From contig MU008169.1 in the NCBI GenBank assembly GCA_010909165.1, forward strand, positions 1,178,001 to 1,242,000: a stretch of DNA of 64,000 nt, read 5' to 3'. Below are positions 26,001 to 38,934 of this stretch, in pieces. The notes below the pieces were generated by a model. The model saw only the letters and a list, made by a program, of their open reading frames with translations. It did not search any database and was not told where the DNA came from. Every line of letters begins with the position of its first letter. The stretch's first letter is position 1. Origin of the DNA: Anthoceros angustus. Its lineage: Eukaryota > Plantae > Anthocerotophyta. The position numbers and the translations under genes are program-made.

Positions 26001-26800
26001 TCATCTGCGTTTCCTTCTTTCTCTGCGGAGAGTCCTCAATCTCGCCAATGTATGATGTCCGTGACTCAACCCTCTAAACCTTGTTAGGAACTCGATTTGA
26101 AGTCTTCCCAATCGTGGTGCGGTCCCATCGTCCCTCTTGTACCCTATGTCCTCTTAACAAACCGGAAAAATTAAGCGGTCCGCTGAATCCTCTAAATTAG
26201 CATGAGAGACATGCTCAAGCGTGCGAATAAAAGCCTGCATCGTCTCCCTTCTTCTTGTCTCCAAACTTCACATCTGCATCGACTATGTGGCGCAATGAGC
26301 CACCTCCTCCTACCGTGGTGCCTCACGCCGACTCCACTCATGTTGGGCCTGTTGTTGTCTGTTGCACCCCTTGCCTCCCAACATTGGACACCGGACACCA
26401 CCCACAGGTGTCATCTCTTGGCGAGCAATTGGCGCACGACCTTCCGTTGGTACACCTACGTGTATGCGCCTCCACGGAGTCTGATTGCTGTCTTCAGGAC
26501 TTCCGTAGAACTGTCCTCTCCAATGTGTCGCACTCCGTACTTCCTGGATCACTGTTTCGTCCCTTCTTGGTTCTTCCAACTCTTCACCTTCACTGTGAAG
26601 TGCAAAATCTTCTTCTTCAAGTGCGTCGAGTGAAGGCACAAAATCCTCTTCCTCCCCTCGAGCGCGTCGTTCTCTCAGACTTCTTTCTCGCAGTTGATTC
26701 CTCCGTGTCGCTCGCAACTCTCTTGGTGAAATATATGGAGATGACCTTCCTCCGGATGCTCTTCGTTCACCACGTCCTCCGGTCATCGGTACATCTTCAC
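23021..26800 (-). pseudogene. Athila-like Ty3/gypsy gag-protease-RT (RT truncated)
   Basis: Zinc knuckle ..CKELGH (~25090), protease VPLDT(G)SGVNLM (~24160), RT SEWVAPIVVVPKK, FLDGYSGYNQI, DQDKTTFTTDWGTFAY..LPFG. Confidence 0.92.
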
Positions 26801-26831
26801 ACTCTCCATTCGAACAAAGAAAAACACACAC

Positions 26832-26848
26832 TCCCGACAGCGGCGCCA
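26832..26848 (-). promoter_or_regulatory. Primer binding site, Athila/tRNA-Asp type
   Basis: TGGCGCCGCTGTCGGGA, 4 nt after the LTR-terminal CA. Confidence 0.85.
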
Positions 26849-26852
26849 AAAA

Positions 26853-27948
26853 TGTGGTGGGAGGTTCCGGGACCCCGGAACCCTCAGCCACAGCGGCCAC
26901 ACTTATCCCCCTTGTCGGTTCGTATAGTGGTTTCGTTCCACGAAGGAGTGGGGAGCCCTTCCCGCCGGATGGAGGTCGCCCTCACGGCCCGACCTCTCGA
27001 CTCTCGGCTCCGTCAGGCGCCCGTGACTAAGCGCCCCTCCTACCCCCTCCGGGACCCACCCTCGGTAAGTCACACTACCCTCGCGCGATGACTCGTCGGC
27101 GCGGACCTCGTCGCGAGGCCGCAATCTGCTGGCGACCTTGGGACCCCAAATCACCGTCTGATGGGCAATCCTCCCACCGGGTTCCTACACTCCCTAAGAC
27201 CCTTCTCGTGACAAATTTGGGGCCGCCCCCTCAAGCTCTTGTCACAGCCCTTGAAATTTCACCTTCCCCTCTCTTTTCTAGGTTTCTTCCTCCTCTCTTC
27301 TCTTTTTGTCTTTTTCTCTTTTCTCTCTTGCTCCTTCCTTCTCCTCTCTTGCTCCCTATCCTCTCTAGCTCCTCTCTCGTCCTCTCTCGCTCTCACTCTC
27401 TCGCTCTCTCTCTCTTTCTCTTTCTCTTTTCTCTCTCTTCTCCTCTCTTCTCCTCTCTTCTCTAATCTACCTCTTCCACTCTTCCTAGCTAACTATCTCA
27501 GGCGCCCCTCCCAGCCTCCCGGCAGCGCCTCGGATCATAGGGCATTGCCCTCACGGACCTAGGCAGACATTTGGCTGCAAGTGGCGTCCGCGTCTTTGGA
27601 TTTTGCTAGGGGTCTTCCCTTACCGATGCGCCGTTCGCAACCACAATGCCGCTCCCTCACGCTCGACGCTACCCATGCTACCTCCGGAAAGAAAGGTTTG
27701 GGCCGCCCCTCACCACAGTCACGCACCTCAAGACCCTACGGACACCATGCACCCTCACACGGTGACGCGCTTGTGTAGCAAGACAAGCACACACGGTCGG
27801 GAGCAAGGCATGACATTTTATTATGGGAGCTCCTCCCCTCTTATAGGAGCTCCCCAAACCCTAGCATTAATTAAGTGCTGGGGTAGGTGGGGTTGCTTAC
27901 GGTTTTAAGTAGGTGGCCTCTTAAAGGTTCTTAACCTACCTCCTAACA
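26853..27948 (-). mobile_element. LTR flanked by both a PPT and a PBS (shared middle LTR)
   Basis: TG..CA, 1096 bp, matches 16779-17849. Confidence 0.85.
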
Positions 27949-28004
27949 ATCCCACTAACCCCTAGGGGTCTTAATGACCCATTCACTCCCCTACCAACTA
28001 TCGC

Positions 28005-30590
28005 CTACTTCTTCTTGGGTGTTGGCCCCACCATCTTCCTCCTCTTGGCTTGGGGTGTCCCCCGGATCTCTTCACTCGTCGTCACGGGAACCTCCACACT
28101 GTCTCGGCGATCGGCTGTTGGTGGCGCCACCCCTCTTGCAGGCGCTCTTGTAGAGCCGGCCTCTCTATAGCCATCATCTGCCGCGCAATTACCTCCAGGC
28201 GGTTGGGTGTTGGTGCAACTCACACTCACCCCAACCCACCAACTCTACGGCTGCTGGAAATCTCTTCCTCTTCCATTGGCTCCTCCCACATTGAGCCTTA
28301 CGCATCCATTTCACTCTCCAAGTCCCGAATCTCCGAGTTGAGGGTGCAATTCTTCCAAAATCTCCCCACTGTCATCGTGGGGACCCAACAACTTCCTTGT
28401 CAACAAGGCGCATCTCCTTAGCAAACTTGTTGACCCTAGCATGTAAGTGGACTGCATCTCCACCTTCAAACAAATCTCATCAAATTCCTCGGGCCACTCT
28501 CACGAGGCTATCTTACCATAGCGCATCCCTCTCAAGCGTCACCTCACTCAAGCAGGCAGAGTGACATTCTCGGCATCTCTCTTCCATGCCTCCGGTATCC
28601 CTTGGCCATGCATAGTCGGCTGGGCGTTGCTTCACGGCGACCAACATGCGATGCATCATTTTCCTCCGGTGGGCTACCTCTTCCTTCCACCGTTGGTCGA
28701 CCTCCGTTGCTTGCTTTAAGCTCCTCACGCTCCTTGCTCCATGTGGCTTCCTCCAGCTCCTTGAGCTTGGCCTCGATTCATTCTTGGCTTGGCGGCCTCG
28801 GCCTCCCGGGCAGTCTTGGCGTCCCTATTCTCTTTCTTCTCGGCTGAAGAGGCGTTGCCGCTCCTTCCCACATCGGGGTCTCCTCAATCTTTTCGATTGA
28901 GGTAGCCACTTCCTTCATTCTTGGCTTGGGCGCCTCGGCCTCCCGGGGGTCTTGAGTCGTCCCATTCTCTTTCTTCTCGGCTGAAGGAGTCTTCTTACCG
29001 CTCCTTCCCACATCGGACAGTCTCCTCAATTTTCTGATTGAGGGTAGCCACTTCCTTCATTCGCTCCCTACTTTCTTGTCTCAGCCTCTGTTCTTCAATC
29101 TTGCTGAGCCCCAACCTTCTCTCCAGGTCAACTAGGCGCCCTTTGCCAACGCCATCTCCTTGATAGCCTTGCTATCCTTCTCCCCACCTGACTGTAGGGC
29201 AATCGCTTCGGCTGTCCTGACGACAGCTCTCACCTCCAACTCCTCTACTTCCTGTAAGGCCTGCTTCACTAATGGAGTGTCAATTAGGTGGATGGTGCAT
29301 CCTTCAAAGCCTTTGTCTTCTCATTCCCCTCCAGGGGTCGACTCGCCTTTCTCTTGGTGGCGGTCTCTCCTCTCCCATCGATGTTGGGTGGAACTCCGTG
29401 ACTCGGTCATCTCACAGGGTGGGGTTACATCCACCACCACACTCCATGGGGTTGCCTCACAGTACACATGGTGGCACGCCACCTCTTCCTCTTGTGCCTT
29501 GTCCCCACAGACGGGCACTTCTCTTCCTTGGCGTCGGGGCCAGGGGTGGTCTCATCATCCAAGATCACCACACGGTGAAGCACTCCTTGCTCCACCTTGG
29601 GTTCCTCCTCTGCCTTCTTCACCTTCTTAGGAGAGGGACCCCTCTGCATCCCTCGGAGGGACCACTTCAAATGGTGGTAAGACTCCTCCGGCTCTTCTTA
29701 TCGATAACCCATGTGCCCCCACAAGGCACAAGGTAAGTACTCAAATGGGTGCCTCGCCCCTCATTATCCACAATGTTTGGCCTCGTGACTTGTCTCGGTG
29801 ATGCTCATAGGCCGCGACATGGTTGTCCCCAGTCGGTGAGCTCCTTGCTTGACTTCCACATGAAATGAAGAATGCCTTTGAAGTAGGTGGTTGACAGTCA
29901 AAACTATCCTTGTAAAAGCTTCCACTTGAGGTCGGCAATCTTATCATCCTCCGCCATTCGCGTCTTCGCGTCTATCCCTCCGATGAGCATGCTGAGAGCT
30001 TCCTCAGGAAGGTCAGCCACCACTGCTCTTTTTCCATCTTCATTCCTCTCGTGGGAGCCACACCATCACTCTCGCTTTCTGGCCTCCCATACACCTTACG
30101 AATGTGCTGGACAGTCCATCCCTTCGGATCTGTCCGCACGTTCCTCTCCGTCAGGTCCTCTGTTTCTCCCTCCGTCAGTTCGAGCTGCCTGTAGCAAGAC
30201 TCAACCAATTCCACATTAGAATAGGCCCAATGCCTATCGTAAACCCACTGGAGCTGCACATTTTTTGTGCCCTCGAAAATCCCATAAGTCTCTGGAGGAG
30301 ACTTGCCTGGCTACAAAATCCGGCCCCTCCTTCTCGGCGGATCCTTCTCGGGCTTCTCCTTCACGCTTTTCTTTCTTCTTCTCCTTGGTGGCTCCCTCCT
30401 TCTTTGGCGCCTTGCGCACTCCTCCGGGATTGCGCGTCTTCATCTTCCATACGCCTTGGCGGTCGATCTTCTCCAAAATCCTTCCTCTGCGTCGATTTTC
30501 TCCTCAAAATTCTTCTAAGTGTTCTCAGTCGTCCTCCAAGCCCCTCCGTCGCTCAGTCCTTGATCCTCGACCAACTCAAATGAGCTAAAC
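28005..30590 (-). pseudogene. ORF-X, second copy
   Basis: Co-linear with 17906-20290. DPKGWTVQHIRKVYGRP. Short internal duplication ~28780-29060. Confidence 0.65.
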
Positions 30591-31709
30591 ACTCCCCTCT
30601 ACTTACATATATAGGGTGAGGAGGATTTTCCACACCCAAAGGCCAAGGACAAAATTTCCCACATCCAAGGCCAAGGACCTTTTCCCCTTGACAAGCGTTA
30701 GAATTCCTCAACCACGAAGGCCAAGGAAGAAATTTTCCAGCTGTTCAATTCCAAAGCCAAGGAAGAAAAATCAGAGACATGCAAAAGGTCGACCCGCATC
30801 ACCTAACCCACGGTCGTCTTCCTTTGTCAGAAACCCTCAGAAGGCCAAGGACGGCTGATTTCCTCCTCCGGCGCCAGGATGATTTCTCTATATATGCTTG
30901 CATCGCTCCCTCCTTAGTGTTTATTGCGCCTCTTCTTCCTCTCGCGCGTCGTGCTCGCATCCACCTCGCGCGTCACGGAATTTGCGCTGACCCTCGCGAG
31001 GCCTCCCTGTCGCGCGTCTTCCGGTGGGTAGAACCTTACTCTGCATGTCCGGGATGCGGGGAGTGACTGGCGCCTCACTAGGCCGGCACCAACCCTCCTT
31101 CTTGAGTTCGGTTTCGAACCTCCTCTCTGTAAACTTTCCGGACCTCCTGTGGGACCTCATCCTTCGGCCGTTGACCCATTTTGAATCCGTTTTCCTCCTT
31201 TACATTGTCCGATTCGGGGGCTGCCGCCATCGCCCGCCTCAACTCGCTTCAGTCTTCCGTCGATGTCTGTTGGTGAGAAAAAAAAGAAAAATAAAACCTA
31301 ACTAATATGAACAAAACTAGAAATTATGCCCCTCTTCTAACCGTGGACCCAAAATTTGGCGTTCCACACAAGGGCAAAGGGGCCAGCGGTCTGGTAGCTG
31401 CGTTGGTGGATCTTCCTCCTCTTGCCTCCCGCCTAGTCCGGCGGTTAGAGTTGCAGGGCGTTGTGAGCTGGCTCGTTGGCGTCGCGACCTAACTCCTCCC
31501 TATGGCAGCCTCCTCCCGTGTGAGGTGCTCGGGGAGGGACTAAGGAAGGCGGGAATTTCTTCCACACTTCCGGGGTGGCGGGGGTCCGTTCAGGGCGTAT
31601 GGAGTCGAATCCCTCTCAATCTTCCTCCTCCCGGACTCGCTTGGCCTTGGGCGGCTTACGCCTCTGCGCTCTCCCTCGTGCTGCCTCGGGCGAGCCTTTG
31701 TCACTTCTG

Positions 31710-33910
31710 GATCTAAGGCATGTCTCCAGGTACATCCACAGTGTGTATCCACCCGTATTATGAGGTGGGTTGAGATATCAAAGAACTTTGGAGGAATTGC
31801 TTTTCAAAGAGCACATCACCCATGACCTCTTCTCACGTGCTTGAATTTCATGGCCGGTATTGTCCATGGCAAATGCATCTGTCTGACCGGCTTCTAGCCT
31901 TGTACAGCTCTATGCACCCCCGAAGGACGATGGGGAAGATGATTTCCAGCATGATGTGCCTGTCATGGCACTTCAAGCTTCCAACTTTGCCCCCATCTAA
32001 TTTCGCTCCTATGTCAGACCCATAGCCTATGGGCCACTTTATGCCTTTAATTCCCTCTATGACCCAACGGAGGTCGTCTTTCGACAAAACGTAAGACGCC
32101 TCGGGGCATTGGCCGTCCTCTCCTACCGGCCACAACCACCTTTTCCCTCCATTGGTTTCCATGTCCATCCTTGATGCGGGACATCTCGCTCTCCGTCAAA
32201 GTGAGCCATATGGCCTCTGCATTGTTCTTTTCCACGTGCATGACATCCTTTGCGCCCACACAAGCGGTGGCGCTAATATGGTAGCACCCCGAGAGGCGAC
32301 ATCGCGAGTTCCAAAATTTCCTCGCTAACGGATCTCGGTGGTGTCGCACCTTCTTTGCGTGCCATATCGGTCCCCACATCGAAAGCGTTGGTGGCTTGGG
32401 TGGGGTCAGATTCGGCGTCCATCGTATCGATCCATGTCTTCCCGCGTCACTATCTCGCTATTAACCACCTCCGGTTCCAACATAAATCTGCTTTTAACTC
32501 GGAGAATCACAGGAATCCAGTCCGACCAACAATCCACACACGCAGGTCCCTTTCACTTGCAATCCGGTCAGTGCCCAAGCCTTGGTAATTAGCAATGGCA
32601 TTACCCATTGCACAACTTGAAATGCCTCCTAGGATCGTTCACCGCTATTGAAAAGTCTTCCATGTCCACCCCTCTCCACAGGTCTTCCAGTTCTTCTACC
32701 AGCGGTGCCATATAAACATCAAAATTTTTTACCATGCTAGGTCCTGGTACAATCAGAGGCATGATGACATGGGCGTCCTTTGTGCTAGCCCAGGGAGGCA
32801 TGTTATGAACGAATAGCAGAACTGGCCATATGGACGTGTTTACAGACCTGTGGCCAAATGGGTTCAAGCCGTCTGTGGATAATGCCAACCTCAAGTTGCG
32901 AGGTTCATCCCCGAACCCTCCAACTGCATCAAGTGCTCTCCAAACTGGGGTGTCCGCCATCATGGACATGTCCCCATTCTCGCTTTGCCTCCCGACATAC
33001 CAAGTCATCATTTGTGCTATTTTCGGCATTCGGAACATGTGTTTCAATCGGCGTCTTTAGAGGAAAATGCTAGAGGACCTTGCGTGGACAGTCTCGGTCA
33101 TCAAACCCTTCCTTGTCTGCATGACCTGCTGTGAGCAATGGACACGATCCAGCGTGCTAAGCCCACAACAAAACACAATCTCTCTCACAAGCATGGATTT
33201 TCACGTATCTTGGCCCAAACATGTGCAACACTGACTTTGCCTCGTACATGTCCTTAGGCAGCTTGTTTGGAAGTGGCAGAATATCCACACTTAAGAGCTT
33301 TAAAAGTGCTGTTACAACGATGTCACTAATGTCATACATGGTTTGCCACGACTGCAACAACAGTATGACGCTTAGCCTGCTTTCTTTCGATTGGACTTCC
33401 TCTTCAATGTGGTATAACGGCGTTTTGCCCGCAGCTCGACAAGCACTGGTCCTGGCCTCCATTCCTACCGCGCCCACTGCAACATCCATAGCTTCCAGCA
33501 ACTCGTCCACGGTGTGCATTTCAGGCATATCATCACCTCCCGGACCCTCGTCCATACTTTCGGTGTCGGAACTACTAAGCAGTGGTAAGATGGCCATGGT
33601 TCCCTGTCGAGACCAGAGCCGTATCCAATTCATCAGGGGTGGGAGGCGCTGCAAGTGCCGCCCTCATCTATGTCCGCTCGTGGCTCGCCGAACTGCAAAA
33701 AAAATACCATTAATGCTAAGATTGGAGTGCACTTGCTGTCCGTCATGCGATAGAACTCCACCGGTACGGGTGCACCGTGGCTTGTGTGAGCAGTGCACTC
33801 TTGAAATGTGTGCCAGAATACGAGCATGCGAGCTCTCCACACTGACGGCAGGGACAATACATGTACACCGCATCTGCATTTCGTGGCATCCTCCCCGGGG
33901 TTGTGATTTT
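31710..33910 (-). pseudogene. CACTA Tnp2 transposase, 5'-complete, truncated in the DUF4218 region
   Basis: N-terminal YCPCRQC, KIHACERDCVL, EPRNLRLALSTDGLNPFG..SIWPV..NMPPW..FDVYMAPLVEELEDLW, DVMHVEKN, LKCHDRH. Confidence 0.93.
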
Positions 33911-34527
33911 GTAGTCACGGCAAACTGCTGACTGGGAGGTACATCCGATTTGACATACCGTCCCCCCATGTATAGTGAATTCATCACCCATAAACCACGG
34001 ATCAAGCGTAGAAGAGAATTTGCTGCGAAACCATGGATGCAAGCACAAAGCGTGTCACACAGTTGGGTGTAAGCATGGTTTGGTGCCACATTTTGGGACC
34101 AAAGAGTCATGAACACTTGGTTACTATGATAGAGTAATAAAATGATCGATTGCTCAAGTTTTAAATATTATATTTTGTCCTATAATTTACCTGTGTATTT
34201 ATATTATTGTTTAACCTATGGAAGTTAAAAGGTAGTTTAAAAGAGTAAATATATCTATATTAGATTATGGTTGACTTCCCTACACCTGATTAATTCATCA
34301 TTTGGAGGGAAACGTGAATCTCCCTTTACTTTAGCGACGCCGTCTTTCCTCTCATTTACTTTCGCGATGCCGTCTTTCCTCTCATCTCTACGCTCAACCG
34401 TGCAGAGGCCATCTCCTTTGTTCCATTTATGCTCTCCTCTCCCTCTGTTTGCACCCACCATCTCCGCGCTGCCCCAAGCTTTCCTGTCGTAGGCTTGTCT
34501 CACGTCTTCCTATGGCAACCGCTTACA

Positions 34528-36018
34528 GTGTCGCCATCATGGACATGTCCTCATTCTCACTTTGCCTCCCGACATACCAAGTTATCATTTGTGCTATTTC
34601 GGCATTGAACATGTGTTTCAATCAGCGTCTTTAGAGGAAAATGCTAGAGGACCTTCGTGAACAGCGTCTCGGTCATCAAACCCTTCCTTGTGCAGCGGCT
34701 GCCACCAGCAATGGACACGATCCGGCGTACTCACCCTGAACAAAACACAATCTCTCTCACAAGCATGGATTTTCATGTATCTTGGCCCAAACATGTGCAA
34801 CATTGACTTTGCCTCGTACATGTCCTTGGCGGCTTGTTTGGGTGGCGAATATCCACACTTAAGAGCTTTAAAAGTCTTTCACGATGTCACTAATGTCATA
34901 CATGGTTTACCGCCGCAACAACGATGACGCTTTCTTTCGATTGGACTTCCTCTTCAATGTGGTATAGCGCGTTTTGCCCATGACTCGACAGCAGTCACGG
35001 CCTCCATTCCTACACGCGCCTTTGCAACATCCATAGCTTCCGACCTTTCGTCCACGGTGCATTTGGGCATATCATCACCTCCGGACCCTCGTCCATACCC
35101 GGTGTCGGAACTACTAGCTTGGTGATGGCCATATTTGGTTCCTGTCGGACCCAAGAGCCGTATCCGAATTCATCAGGGGTGGGAGGCGCACGCAAGCCGC
35201 CCTCATCTATGTCCATGTGGCTCGGAGCGCAAAAAATACCATTAATGCTAAGATTGGAGTGCACTTTGTCAGTCATCGATAGAACTCAGTGCCGCGTGCT
35301 TGTGGCGCGACGTGCACTCTTGAAATGTGCGAATCTGAGCATCGAGCTCTCCTGGCAGCGGGGACAATACATGTACACCGCATCTGCATTTCGTGGCATC
35401 CTCCCCGGGGTTGTGATTTTGTAGTCACGGCAAGCACAACACAGCCTGGGAGGTACATCCGATTTGCGAACGCCACCGTCCCCCCCATGTACTATCGTGA
35501 ATTCATCACCCATAAACACAGACCAAACGTAGAAGCTGGAATTTGCCTGCAGAAACCATGGATGCAAGCACAAACGTGTCACCTGGTTGGGTGTAAGCAT
35601 GGTTTGGTGCCACATTTTGGGACCAAAGAGTCATGAACACTTGGTTACTATGATAGAGTAATAAAATGATCAGTGCTCAAGTTTTAAATATTATATTTTG
35701 TCCTATAATTTACATGTATTTATATTATTGTTTAACCTATGGAAGTTAAAGGTAGTTTAAAAGGGTAAATATATCTATATTAGATTATGGTTGACTTCCC
35801 TACACATTAATTCATCATTTGGAAAGCGTGAATCTCCCTCTACTTTAGCGGCGTCTTTCCTCTCATCTACTTCCGACTGTCTTTCCTCATCTCTCGCTCA
35901 ACCGTGCGAGGCCATCTCCTTTGTTCCATTTATGCTCTCCTCTCCCTCTGTTTACCCACCATCTCGCTCAAGCTTTCACTCGTGCTTGTCTCACGTCTTC
36001 CTATGGCAACCGCTTACA
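34528..36018. repeat. Tandem duplicate of 32951-34527 (5' part of the CACTA element)
   Basis: Co-linear match, both ending cctatggcaaccgcttaca. Confidence 0.85.
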
Positions 36019-36420
36019 ATGTCATACGAAATTGACGTGCTAACCTCTCGGCAACCAAGAGATTCGGGTGTGGCAGCTTGGAAGAAGCTCCGGTGTTGGA
36101 TGGACCACAGAGGTGGCATGATGGTGATAATCATCTTGAAGGTTGGATTGAATGTTAGGGATGACAAGTTGGTCAAGGCCTAAAGGAGGCGCATTGGTGG
36201 GAAGGGCGTTGTGACAAATCACTTTGGCGTGCCTGCAACGCAGAGGCCTCTGACTTGAAGCCACCGACTTGGTGTCAAGGAGGATTGGCAAAGTTTGGGC
36301 GACCTTGTGTTTGCCGTATATGGGAAGCGTGCGGCCACGAACACGGGCCAAAAGATTCCCCGATGTATGGCTTTGGGTTTTCTTGTGGAAGATCACAGGA
36401 AGGGCAATTTGGAAGCCTAT

Positions 36421-38225
36421 AAGCGGTGGTTCTAGGAAGGAAGGCCAACAAGCAAGCAAGCAAGGAAGCAAAAGCTGGAAAGGTGGCACTTGTGGAAGAG
36501 AAGGTAGGGAAGAAGGGGAGAACAGGCAGCTAACCCGTGCAGCCACATGGTGGCTCCGAGCCCTGTGACTAGGTCACAAAGCCAGGAAGCGGCACCAAGC
36601 TGAGGTTGCTAGGGATGTTCGGGAGGCCGGGATGGGAGGCGGAGGTATAGTGATGCAGGTTGGATGATCTTTGAGGTGCCAGCGTGAGAAAGGTCATCAT
36701 CTTGTCCATGACGCCGAGCTTTAAGCCATGGTTAGGTTGCCATGTTTTCGGTCACGGAAGGTAGATGTGTCGTCTTGTTGTGGGTTTGATCTGAGCCAGT
36801 GGGGAAAGGTTGGGCATCTGCGTCACAGGTAGTTTGTTCATGCTTCCATCGGCTTGGTGTGACTTACTTGCTGATGTTTTGTTCTCCTGCTGATTTTAGA
36901 GTTCTCTGACTCGGGTTTTATTGGAATCCGGCGGGACCATGCTAATTTGGTGCGGTGGTTGTGAGTGTTGTGGGTTGTGGGTGATGCGGGCATTCGAGGC
37001 TTCCAATTCGACCCTTGGTACAAGCGAGATGAGTTTCATTTGTTTTTCCATCGGCGTGTCTTGCTTTACGTGGTGTGCACGAATGTTTGGATCCTCGTTA
37101 TAGGCCGTCAGACAAGGCTAAGCGTTGAGCTATTTGGTTGTATCCTGGGTTACATCCCATATGGGCGTGTGGTGGTGGTCTTGACACGACCCTGATTCAC
37201 ATGGTCACAATGTGGATTCATCAATGTGACCGTTTTACGATTTTGCTTGTGTGTGCTTGGGCATATATGGTCACTGACCATCATCTGTGAAGTCGGTGGT
37301 GAGGTGCCCTCCTTACACGATCCGGCATTAAAGCGGTGGTTCTAGGAAGGAAGGCCAACAAGCAAGCAAGCAAGGAAGCAAAAGCTCGGAAAGGTGGCAC
37401 TTGTGGAAGAGAAGGTAGGGAAGAGAGCAGGGGCAGCTAACCCCGTGCAGCCACATGGTGGCTCCTCTGTGTTAGGTCACAGCCGGGAAGCAGCACCAAG
37501 CTGAGGTTGCTAGGGATGTTCGAGGAGGGCGGATGGGAGGCGGAGGTATAGTGATGCCAGTGTGGATGATCTTTGAGGTGCCAAGCGTGGAGAAAGGTCA
37601 TCATCTTGTCCATGACGCGGGCTTTAAGCCATGGTTCGTTGCCATGTTTTCGGTCACGGAAGGTAGATGTGTCGTGTGTGGGTTTGATCGAGGTCGGGTG
37701 GGGAAAGGTTGGGCATCTTTGCGTCTGGTAGTTTGTTCATGCTTCCATCGGCTTGGTGTGACTTACTTGCGATGTTTTGTTCTCTGATTTTAGAGTTCTC
37801 TAGACTCGGGTTTTATTGGAATCAGCGGGACCATGCTAATTTAGTGCGGTGGTTGTGAGTGTTGTGGGTTGTGGGTGATGCGGGCACATTCGAGGCTTCG
37901 ACCCTTGGTGCAAGCGAGATGAGTTTCATTTGTTTTTCCATCGGCGTGTCTTGCTTTACGTGGTGTGCACGAATGTTTGGATCCACTGTTATAGGCCGTC
38001 ACGAGACAAGGCTAAGCGTTGAGCTTTGTTGTGTGGGTTACATCCCATATGGGCAGCGTGTGGTGGTGGTCTTGACACGACCGATTCACATGGTCACAAT
38101 GTGGATTCATCAATGCTTGACCGTTTTCGATTTTGCTTGTGTGTGCTTGGGCATATATGGTCACTGACCATCATCTGAAGTCGGTGAGGTGCCACTCATA
38201 CCCACGATCGCGGCATTAAAGCCGG
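36421..38225. repeat. Two tandem ~900-bp copies
   Basis: Units start aagcggtggttctaggaagg at 36421 and 37331. Microhomology aagc(c)ggtggt at 38219. Confidence 0.9.
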
Positions 38226-38934
38226 TGGTCGGTACTCATAACGTGACCGGTGGTGTTATCCGGGTGGTCACCTCCCATGAGTTCTTGGTCACGTGATCAC
38301 CCGATGTACATCTGGTTTTAATTTCCCTCCTTGCTTCCGGATGCATTGGATTTGCCAAATTGGGAGCGATGAGTGTGCGGAAGGTCAATCTCAAGCGATG
38401 TTAGAGCTTGCAAGGTTATCCGAGATGAAGAAGCCCGTTTCACGGCAAAGGCCTTTGGAGGAGCATTCCAAGTTGACTACGCGAAGCTTCTTTGTGGTGA
38501 GCTTATTGTGCTGGGCGGATGGCGACCAAGCAAAACGACAGGTTGCTCACCTCTTGACTTTCCATTTTCTGCCTTGTTGCCTTCTGCGAGTCTAACCTGG
38601 TAATTTGGTTCGCGAAGGCTGCATTGTGCCACGTTCGAGCCAGTGACATAGCGACCGGAAAGCTGCCCTCATAGCCAATAGGGAAAAAGCAGAAGCTTGA
38701 GCGGTGATCAATCGGCCAGGTGACGATGCTTTCAAGCGCATTGTGGCGACTTTCGGCAACCAGCCCAGGCGCACAATCCGTGTCGTTGTAGGAAGAGTCC
38801 GTTCCCAAGGGAATAGCGAGCTCCGTTTGCGGCGTTTGAGCGATTCTCGTCTTACTTTGCGTCGTTGATTCGCACACATTCATTTCACGTCTAACTACTA
38901 CAACGTTCACCGCGGCCGGTATGGCCAAGCGTTT

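Noticed and set aside
36020-38930. Possible gene on the minus strand
   Set aside because: No recognisable domain or consistent frame; cannot be supported.
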